Of a stretch of DNA of 64,000 bases, positions 39,938 to 50,400 are shown in pieces. The notes beneath the pieces are model-generated. The model saw only the letters and a program-made list of their open reading frames with translations. It had not been told where the DNA came from and made no database searches. The translations under genes were made by a program, and so were the position numbers. Location of the stretch: NCBI GenBank assembly GCA_964187785.1, contig OZ076409.1:52764001-52828000 (forward strand), in the 5' to 3' direction. The stretch is from Amphiscolops sp. MND2022. Its lineage: Eukaryota. The first letter of the stretch is position 1. Each line of letters starts with the position of its first letter.

Positions 39938-42900
39938 TGTAGGGGCGTGAATAACGTCTAAGGATTAACGTCTAAAGAAATACCGCCTGAATTTTACTCA
40001 ATTTTCAGGTAGATGTAGACGTTATTCCTGTGTTGTAGATGTTATTCCGGATTTTGAAATATTGATTCTTGTGCTGATAGGTTCTTCTCTTGCTCTAAAT
40101 TTTCAGGAATGAACTATGGAGTAATCGAAGGCCACTTAAGAGGAACAAATGTCCATGTGTCTGATGGGTATTTCTCCATTTTGGTGTTAAATTTGGAGGA
40201 TCCAGCAAGAAAAAAATGACAATAGTACTAGGCTTCGCACACTTCGTGAATTGATTCTATATTTGCTGACACCTCTGACGATTTTCGTAATTCGAGACTT
40301 GTAACGATTTATTCCAAACCAGATCGAACTTCAGTCAAAACTGAATTTCTGCAAAGCAAGTTTAGTTCTGCTGAAGATACCGAAGAATCAGGTGTCAGGT
40401 TAGGACTTAGTTTCTTACCGGAAAGCAATGGCGATCAGGTGAATGTAATAGGGTAATTCATCAAAAACCATTTCAATTGCTCTGGCAAATCAACATACAA
40501 GCCCCCAACGGAAAGTTTCCAACTCATCTTCGACAAGAAACTGACATATGTATCAAATTGGGTTTCATTGCAAACCACCGGAATATGTCGAATTTTTAGA
40601 GAATAGGTTTTTTTCGAGTTTGGCGAAAATGGTAGAAAGTTTGTGAATTTTTCCCTCTCAACTTACCATAATATAAAAAAAACTATCAGCGAAATGTGTC
40701 TGGAGACAACATCTCCACTTTTACCAGCGCACAGTGGCCGCTTGTTGTTGCCAGCGGACGTCTCGTCAAGTCACCGAAAGTAGTTGGAAAGATTTAGATT
40801 TCTGCACACTATAGACTAAACTTACTACTGATCTTACGGCCATATCTCAATGACATGTAGTTATTGAGCGAAAACCATCCTCACTTTCAGATACATTAGC
40901 TAACGTTGAAACATTCTCAAGAAGCAGAAAACAACACACAAGGCTTTCGACCCAGATTGATTTCACACGAAACATATTTGAAGATCCTCCGGTCCGTCTA
41001 CTTCTGAAATGTCCGTTCTGTGAACATCCGGAACACGGGAAATGAGTCTGAAAAAAGGGAAATGTTTTTTCCTAATCAAAACTGGAAAAAAAAACACAAC
41101 CTATATGCTAAAAAATGCTGACTCACCACAGTTCGGTTGTATGGACTTACATCTTGAGTCAATAACTGAGACCAGAGTGTAGCGACTTGAACACAAACAT
41201 CTTTCTAGATGATAACCAAGGAGTTTTTCGGAATGGACGATGTACCTAAACAATGCCTTAAAAAATTTCGGAGTTATAAAACAAATGAAAAGAAGAAGCT
41301 GTTGGGATCGATTTTGAAAAAAAACTATTGACAGTGTAGATGTAGAGGTGAGTCCGATGTTGTGAACCTAAACATGTTTCTTTCAATTCCATGCTGTGCA
41401 GTATAAAACTAGTCATCTCTTATGCATGGCCACCTTTATGTATTCCCGCCTAATTCAATTGTTTTGCTAATTTCATCACGCTTTTCATTCACTCAACAAA
41501 AAGCAGTGCTTTCAGAATATAGACTCAACTATCTTAAACTTTGATCTCCTGCACAAGAATAATTGGTATTTTGTGATCTAGAAAGAGGATTTCGTAAATA
41601 TGGAAGCACTGATACCATCGAAATTAGGAAAACCAGCTGAAAACAATTCTGACCACACCGTTCAGTCAATTGACGCTTCTCGAACTCACCACATTGAATG
41701 TTGGGTTGAATAAAATGAAGACGCAGTCAAAAAATTTTTCGAGGTTACCAAACAAATTCGAAAGAAGTTTGAAATGGTTGATGTAACACCTGAACAACTG
41801 GAACAAGAAATCAAAAAGGTTTTTAATGTCGACTTCAAATTAGAAACATTCATCTGCCATATTGAGACTGTAATTGCTCAAGACGAGGGAGGATCAAGTG
41901 CTGAACCACAACCTTGCAACGATTTGAATACAAAACCGCACCGACATTCATCTGAAACGAAAAAACTCATGAAGATCAATTTACCCTGATTAAATGGCAA
42001 GAATTCGAATTGCATGCCATTATTCGGCCTCTTCAAAGGCACTATCGATGACAATAGCTCTTTGAGCCCCATCAACAAACTGTGCAGTACTTGAAAACTT
42101 CACTTAAAGGTGAGCCGGCTGAATTTTTCGCTAATTTTTCAACGACACGTACAAATTTTGAGCTTGCAGTTCAACTTTTATTGCAAAGATATGCCAATGA
42201 ACTTATGATCAACTTAACGCTTATAGACTCAAAAGTCGTGTTCAGGCCTTCACATCAAGAATTATCAGAAGACATACAAAATATTCTCAAAATTTATCTT
42301 GAAAATCAATGATTTTTGAATCAGTGGTTGTGGAGACAATGTTTTTTGCGACTGTGAAGGCAACTTGTTAGTTGTTTTGGTTCACCACAATTTTAGCTTG
42401 TGTGGTACCAGGGAGTCGCCATTTACGAACGCAGTCACATTGCGTTTCGCACGGACCTATGAACTTGTTCCTAGCGTCCGGGGGTATTATGCTGACTTTC
42501 AGAATGGCTGGTGGCTGATCAATACTGAACAAAACAGCAGCAGTCTCGAGTTCATCATCTGATGACTGATGCAAGGCGGCAACGGTCGATCTTCATACTG
42601 ACGCCCAGTGTCCTTCTTTAGAGCATTTGAGACAAGCGTCTCTTCTGGCTGGGCACTTTGAGCGTGGGTGCTGGTTCAGACCGCAAAACTGACAGTGCGA
42701 ACGAGGCTTTTTCGAGGTCTGTTGGGCAGCGGAGGTGCCAAGTCGATCAGGCTGCCGCCGAGTTGTCTGGGAGAACAGCCTGGCCGTGACTAGAGTTGCA
42801 GGTTCAGCACTTCGAAAAGGTTTCGACCTGAGCATTTGATGACGAGCATAGAGGACTCTCTTGGGCTTCAGAAACTGCCTGTCCAACGTTATCAGAGCAA

Positions 42901-43228
42901 CTGGAAACCTTGCACAAATTTCGAAGAATGAGAAATATTCAGAGCCGACAAGTGTACGAAGAAAAACTAACTTATATGCATCCAATGTACGGGCGTGAAT
43001 AACGTCTAAGGATTAACGTCTAAAGGAATACCGCCTGAATTTTACTCAATTTTCAGGTAGATGTAGACGTTATTCCTGTGTTGTAGATGTTATTCCGGAG
43101 TTTGAAAAATTGATTCTTGTGCTGATAGGTTCTTCTCTTGCTCTCTAAATTTTCAGGAATGAAATATGAAAGAATCGAATGCCGCTTAAGAGGAACAGAA
43201 GTCCATGTGTCTGATGGGTATTTTTACT

Positions 43229-43757
43229 TAAATCGGAAAAAACGTCCAAAATATCAGAAAACTATGCAATTACGTCCGAAAAACAGGAAAAGGGTGTAAG
43301 ATCAAGAATCAAACGCCCAAAATATCTAAAGGTCATCGGAATACGACTGAAAAACGGAAAAAAACATAAATTTGGAGTCAGTTAAGATCTAAAACTGAAA
43401 AGTGATATGAAGTATAAAACGTGCTTCGGATGTGTCCCCATTTCGTCTAGTGCCCCGCGAGGCCCTGGGGCCGCTTATGTTCCCATCTTGCTAAGCGAGG
43501 TCGAACAGGAGCAAAGACCTAACGGGAACGAAGATCGCGAAGCGATCGTAGTGGGAGCTGGTCTTTGCGACAGTGAGGGCGAGCGTGCATACACCGCATA
43601 TGCCACACATTATGATATTTCCGGGAGTTGACATATTTATTCCTTGAGTTGGAATGGAGTTGGCTTAATTTTGTGGTCACTTGGCATAAAATTTTTGGGC
43701 CAAATGACTCGACGAAAAAATTAAGCCAAATGGTATTAAGCCAAGTCACTGGTAACC
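43229..43757. mobile_element. Core type B (43413-43603) between arms unrelated to those at 29-31 kb
   Basis: The core is highly similar to 29321-29511. The left flank has ACGYCYRAAA sub-repeats; the right flank has TTGGCTTAA/TTAAGCCAA sub-repeats ending GGTAACC. Confidence 0.65.
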
Positions 43758-43913
43758 ATTTATTTAACTGTGATTTTTTCAGAGTGTGATCATGGGTGAC
43801 ATTGGTAAAGTTTGTGATCTTCTAGATCTTGTAGATTTTGATTCAGATACAGATGAAGGAGATGAAGGCTTTCCTGAAAACCCTTATCCGCCAAAGCGAA
43901 CGAAGAATCAAGA

Positions 43914-44331
43914 GGGTGGCTGTAAATAGGACGAATTTTTCTGGTCGAAAGGATAGAGGTCGAACCTTTTGAACGAATTGCAGGGATCGAATTGAATGCG
44001 GTCGATTTTTATTGTATTTTTGTATAGCTCGGTCGCTTCGCTCCCTTCGCCAAGTAGCAACATTGAGGCATGGCCATATGGCACGTCGCTCCGCTTCGCT
44101 TCGCTCCTGCATTCAGGGCACTGGGGGTATGTGAACATATGTGACTACGTTATAATAATAATTCCGACAAAATCTGACAAGCGTTTTCATCATAGTGAAT
44201 TCAATTCGATTTGAAATTTCAGCCAATCAGATTGCAGCATAAAGAAATATTCTGCTGAATGGGACCGAATTTTCATTTTCTGCTGTATGAGACTTCTGCT
44301 GTGTGGGAATTCCCCGTAAAATTGGGTTTCC
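43914..44331 (-). mobile_element. Hybrid MITE: core type A with one CAGCAGAA-family arm and one GGTCGAA-family arm
   Basis: 43914-44014 matches the GGGTGGCTGTAAATAGG arm of 46558. Core at 44015-44154. 44155-44331 is the reverse complement of the 44517-44690 arm. Confidence 0.75.
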
Positions 44332-44364
44332 AATTTAGTAAGAGAAGTAGTAACTCTTTAAGCT

Positions 44365-46734
44365 CTCGAAAATATTGTAATGGAAGTATCTTTAGACGTT
44401 TTAGCCTTACTTTATAATCTGTTTGACATTAAAAAGCGATTTTATGTTTCACATAAAATTCGAGAAACTGATTTTTCTGTTTTTTACATGATTTTAGTGA
44501 AAAATCGGATCTCCACGGAAACCCAATTTTACGGGGAATTCCCACACAGCAGAAGTCTCATACAGCAGAAAATGAAAATTCGGTCCCATTCAGCAGAATA
44601 TTTCTTTATGCTGCAATCTGATTGGCTGAAATTTCAAATCGAATTGAATTCACTATGATGAAAACGCGTGTCAGTTTTTGTCGGAATTATTATAACGTAG
44701 TCAGATATGTTCACATACCCCTAGTGCCCTAAATGCAGGAGCGAAACGAAGCGGAGCGACGTGCCATATGGCCATGCCTCAATGTTGCTACTTGGCGAAG
44801 GGAGCGAAGCGACCGGGCCATACAACAAATATGCAAACCTGGCTGTAACAACACTAAAAGCTAGTAATTTGAATTCTGCTGTATGGGACCGAATAATCAT
44901 TTTCTGCTGTATGAATAGGCCCCAATTTTATACCCCAATTATTGGATTAGGACCCCAACCCAATAACCCAACCCAACGAAAGGCTTATACTCCCACCCAA
45001 TACAAAACAATTTTATTGAGAGACCCCAACCCCAATTATTTATAAACCCAATTCATTGGCAACTCTGAGATGGAGCGAATTCCACTGATGGCTCTTGGTG
45101 GATGTCGTCCCCAGTTTTGTGCTGTTCGACGCCGTAGATGCTTCGTGATGTGCCTCGGTAATACCACGGCGATTTTTGCTGCCATTTAGGAGTCGATTTT
45201 TTGCCTTGGCCTGGTCAGGGATATCTAGATGTGAGAAACCGCGTTATTAAAGATCTAGATATTATTGAATCTAGATCACCCATCTACGTGAGTTTCTTTC
45301 AAACTGATAAGTTCCTCTCACCGAAGTTGAGGATCCCTTTACTTTTCATCATTTTCGTCATCGTTGTTTTTCCGGGTGGCTGTAAATAGGTCGAATTTTT
45401 CTGGTCGAAAGGACCTTTTGATCGAATTGCAGGGATCGAATGGAATGCGGTCGAATTTTATCGTATTTGTTGTATGGCTCGGTCGCTTCGCTCCCTTCGC
45501 CAAGTAGCAACATTGAGGCATGGCCATATAGCACGTCGCTCCGCTTCGCTCGAAAATATTGTAATGGAAGTATCTTTAGACGTTTTAGCCTTACTTTATA
45601 ATCTGTTTGACATTAAAAAGCGATTTTATGTTTCACATAAAATTCGAGAAACTGATTTTTCTATTTTTTACATGATTTTAGTGAAAAATCGGATCTCCAC
45701 GGAAACCCAATTTTACGGGGAATTCCCACACAGCAGAAGTCTCATACAGCAGAAAATGAAAATTCGGTCCCATTCAGCAGAATATTTCTTTATGCTGCAA
45801 TCTGATTGGCTGAAATTTCAAATCGAATTGAATTCACTATGATGAAAACGCGTGTCAGTTTTTGTCGGAATTATTATAACGTAGTCAGATATGTTCACAT
45901 ACCCCTAGTGCCCTAAATGCAGGAGCGAAGCGAAGCGGAGCGACGTGCCATATGGCCATGCCTCAATGTTGCTACTTGGCGAAGGGAGCGAAGCGACCGA
46001 GCCATACAACAAATATGCAAACCTGGCTGTAACAACACTAAAAGCTAGTAATTTGAATTCTGCTGTATGGGACCGAATAATCATTTTCTGCTGTATGAAT
46101 AGGCCCCAATTTTATACCCCAATTATTGGATTAGGACCCCAACCCAATAACCCAACCCAACGAAAGGCTTATACTCCCACCCAATACAAAACAATTTTAT
46201 TGAGAGACCCCAACCCCAATTATTTATAAACCCAATTCATTGGCAACTCTGAGATGGAGCGAATTCCACTGATGGCTCTTGGTGGATGTCGTCCCCAGTT
46301 TTGTGCTGTTCGACGCCGTAGATGCTTCGTGATGTGCCTCGGTAATACCACGGCGATTTTTGCTGCCATTTAGGAGTCGATTTTTTGCCTTGGCCTGGTC
46401 AGGGATATCTAGATGTGAGAAACCGCGTTATTAAAGATCTAGATATTATTGAATCTAGATCACCCATCTACGTGAGTTTCTTTCAAACTGATAAGTTCCT
46501 CTCACCGAAGTTGAGGATCCCTTTACTTTTCATCATTTTCGTCATCGTTGTTTTTCCGGGTGGCTGTAAATAGGTCGAATTTTTCTGGTCGAAAGGACCT
46601 TTTGATCGAATTGCAGGGATCGAATGGAATGCGGTCGAATTTTATCGTATTTGTTGTATGGCTCGGTCGCTTCGCTCCCTTCGCCAAGTAGCAACATTGA
46701 GGCATGGCCATATAGCACGTCGCTCCGCTTCGCT
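44365..46734 (+). repeat. Tandem duplication with 1184-bp period
   Basis: CTCGAAAATATTGTAATGG at 44365 and 45549; paired ORFs are offset by 1184; few substitutions. Confidence 0.92.
44517..44913 (+). mobile_element. MITE with core type A and CAGCAGAA arms (copy at 45701-46097); right arm truncated by CCCAA-rich sequence
   Basis: TCATACAGCAGAAAATGAAAATTCGGTCCCATTCAGCAGAAT is inverted relative to ATTCTGCTGTATGGGACCGAATAATCATTTTCTGCTGTATGA. Core at 44691-44831. Confidence 0.7.
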
Positions 46735-46887
46735 CCTGCATTCAGGGCACTAGGGGTATGTGAACATATCTGACTACGTTATAGAAATTTCGATCCGAGT
46801 TGTTTCGATCCGCGCATTCAAAAATTTGGTATGTCGACCTGAGGACTAACTCTGATTTTCGTTCCTTCGACCTATTTCCGCCCACCC
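46558..46887 (-). mobile_element. Complete MITE with core type A and GGTCGAA/GATCGAA arms, 8-9 bp TSD (Mutator- or hAT-like)
   Basis: GGGTGGCTGTAAATAGGTCGAA ... TTCGACCTATTTCCGCCCACCC with flanks GTTTTTCC / GTTTTTTCC. Core at 46648-46783. Truncated copy at 45374-45550. Confidence 0.8.
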
Positions 46888-47413
46888 GTTTTTTCCAATT
46901 AAATCATAAGCACTACAAAAACGCTGACGTTACCACATTCCTTGTCGAAGCGTACACCGCGGAAAAAATCAGAGCCACAGTGTGTTCCAAAAACAAACCT
47001 GAAAGAACGAAAAGAATTTGAATTTACTCTTATGCGTATGTATATAAATGAACGTATACAAAACTTTCAAACAGCTAAATAAACACAGCACCAGAGGGGA
47101 CCCTCCAAAGGTGTACCTTATCGTGGGAGGGCCCTCCAAACACAGGGGCATCACCAAAAGACTACGTCTACCAGACGTTCGCAATTTGTTTTGTTCTTAA
47201 TTTTTAATATCAACTTTTTGTCGTTTCACCGATAGATTCATAATTGCGAGGTAACATCTACGTTTTCAGTAACGTAGATGATTCAGTAACAGGGTTCCGC
47301 GATATTTAAGTGATATTCGATTGACTTCTGGTCGTCACTGACATCTGTTCGATTGATAAAATTGTTAAAATGTTAGCATGAATGAATAAATATCTTATCA
47401 TCTTTTTCTCCAG

Positions 47414-50400
47414 ATTGCAATGGCTGTCGCATTTCCCCTTTGGTTGCAGAATAGCAAAACGGAAATTGTCGAATCAGAGGTTAGTGCAGAAGCAGCATTT
47501 TTGGTTACTTGTGTGGGTCGCTCGAAATACTATAGCACCATCACGAACTTTATTTTGGTTGTTGAGACCGATCTTCAAACTTCAGCTCTGAAAAGTCATT
47601 TAGTTTGACTGTTCCAACCAACATTTATACGTTTTTCAATTTAAACATTCACCAGTGGCCAAAATTGAAGTTGCTTTTAGGAGTGGCTCAACGTTACAGA
47701 TGACATCTTTGACGCAATTCAACAACAGTTGGCGCAAAATCATGTAGCATACTTTACGGACCTTACAGACGTAGAAAAAGCCTTGTTCATGGACCGCGCT
47801 GCAAAATCTATCCAACACTGTAATTCACATACTACTATTTTTACACTTTCTGTGCAAACTGTTCGAACTTTTTAGATTTCCGATGACATTGATTGTTGCT
47901 ATTGTTCAATTGATCTCTGGCACCTTTACTTTTGATCAGCACTGTAAATGTTTTCTATATCACGTACCCAGTACATTCTCATTTTTATCAAATTAGCAGA
48001 TGCTTTCTCTTCCTTTGTTTCCCAAGTTCATTTTCAATTTCAGCAGAAAATTACAAAAACATGATGGCAAAAGTATCTCGCACTCTCGATCGACATCTCA
48101 GTAATGAAGTGGCAAGGGAACTATTGGAAGAAGATCCAGTTGAAACTAAACCGGAATTAATTTTAGGTATGCCTTTTTCATTTCCTGAGCTAGATTTTTA
48201 CTGTAGAGTTTTATTGACAGGAAGGCGCATCAAAATTCAATACTTGAAACCATTTTCATTAAACTCGCAAGTTAATTGATAGTCGCAGTTGGTTTTAATT
48301 TTTCCTAAACAATGCAATCAAATGGGTTTCTTTCAACCAAGTCTTGATTCTTTCCTGGGCGTAGTTGGAATGAATCAACATATAGATAATGAATCAACAT
48401 ATTCGAGCTTTCTGGAAGTAATTTAAAATTTGTAGTATTCTAAAACCTTGATGTTTTTGAAACAGAGCATGTTCGTGAAGGAGCTGTCAGTTTGCTGAAG
48501 AAGTGGCCTGATATGAAAGGCAAAATGCATCTCTGTTTGAATCAAAGATTGCCTGAAAACTTGCGCTACATATCGTGGAAGCTCTTTTTACAAAACACAC
48601 TTGGTTAGAAACATTTATTTTGCTGAGTTTGTGTGAGTTTTTCGAATTATCTCGTTACATTTTTTGCAGCTCGGAAAGTATTTTGTGATACTTTATCAGA
48701 AGACCCAGGAGCTGTCAGAAGCGCCCATGAGAAGGATATATTTCATAAATGTGAAGCTCTGTTGACAGCTGTTCCAGTTTTTGCAAGGGCTTTCCCTGAA
48801 GCCAAAGCCTCATCTAGTTAGTTGCATCGTTAAAAGTTTCTGAGCTTTAGTGATGATTCAATTCATGATTTATGAGCTTTAGTGATGAAATCTTCATTCA
48901 ACCGTTGAGCAAGCCGATTTTATCCATAATTTAAAAAACACTACTGTAATTTTTCAGAACCCTGAATATATGACTATTAAGGAGAGTAAAAGGAATCATG
49001 CGAAAATAGATTCGTTAACATTTGGTGCAAATCATTTCTTACAAGATCCAGTTTTCTTTGTTAGGGGTGCGAATAACGTTCGAAATTGTTTCGGGTTTTA
49101 AAGTGATGCAACAATTTTCAGCGGTGGCTACTACAATGTGCAAGGTGCTTTCGTATTATCATGCAAAACTGAGAACAACTAATCGACTGATAGATGTGCA
49201 GTATCTCTTGCTGATCCCTCTTCTGAAAGCTACCCTGGACGTCCAACAAGCTTCCAGTCTTTCCAACTCTATTGTACTGGCTAATCTCGTAGAACAATAC
49301 ATCACTCTTTTGGAATCGAGGCCCTCGTTCGTCAGAGACGCTTGGGGCGAAGTTAGTCGTTGGAGCTTATTGTCAGTGGTTTTTGTAGAAATATACCTCC
49401 TGCATTCAATTGGTTGTTTCGAAAATTGATTTTTCACTAATAATTACTAAAATTGAAATTAACTAATAAACTCCGTGCCTTAACGAAAAGGTTGAAGACA
49501 TTTTCTGTACATTTTCCTCTGATCTAACTTGAGTTAGTTTTGGTTGCATTTTTGTTGACCTGATTGGATTCCGATTTTTTTTTAGAATTCAGCTGGCGTT
49601 TCTTTGACGGATTTCTGTCGGAAAGTTGGCGATGCGTTGGTCAAAATAGACTCTTCTCTTACTGATTACATCTCTCAGCAGTATTCACAGGAGAAGTTAG
49701 CTGAAAAAGATTCTTCTCAGAACGGAGTTCTCGTTGCTGGTCTCCGGCTCATGTTGAAACCTCTTATACGCAGCATGTTTGTTGGTTAGTTTCTTATCGA
49801 GTTCCATTGTGACATACTGCACTGAATGAATTCGCGTATTTTAGTTGACGAAATTTTAAGAAAATGAAAAGACTTTGTTCACATCGCTTTCTTGGCCCGC
49901 CACTGGGACTTAACTGGGTGCCGACTTTTTATTGTCTCGTATGAAGATTTCAATGTACAGTCAACTCCTGTTAATTCGTATTCAGATGATTCGGATCTTC
50001 GATTAATCCATATGTTGTCTGAGAACCTATTTCGCAACGACCAAAGTAATAATATCCGGTTAATTCGTATTTCCATTATTCGTCCTATTTTCTGATTCTA
50101 GCGATACGAATTAGGCGGATTCAACTGTATGTAGATTACAAAAATTTTTGTTCAAAATCACCGAGATCCAAATGTAAAAACTTTGAAACCGTGCATCTCA
50201 TCTCTGGTTTTGCTTTCCAGTTAGTTTAGATTGAATTTCAACTGTCCTGAAAGCCTTATTTTGCTCTCAGATAGATAATGTCCAGCAAGAGTGTCAACTG
50301 AAATATTTTTCATGCAAGATTTTGAAAACTTACTTGGACGTGACATTTCGGAGAGAAAACTTGTTGCAATATATAAAGATTCTGTTTGAAATTCAACATT

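Larger units (their letters stand above)
34641..43223 (+). repeat. Two-tier tandem segmental duplication: older pair 34641-~40172 / 40187-43223, plus a recent 2240-bp duplication 35273-37512 / 37513-39755
   Basis: TAAATTTKGAGGATCCAGCAAG starts both old copies and GTCCATGTGTCTGATGGGTATTT ends both. The inner pair is near-identical (ORFs offset 2240-2241); the third copy has many substitutions. Confidence 0.92.

Noticed and set aside
45875..46783. A single 909-bp MITE with 140-bp TIRs and TA TSD
   Set aside because: The apparent TIRs are two oppositely oriented cores, each inside its own arm pair; the GGGTGG..CCACCC element with a TSD straddles the supposed right end.
46990..47185. Possible LINE 3' end on the minus strand
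   Set aside because: Tail-like AAATTCAAATTC only; no diagnostic RT motif.
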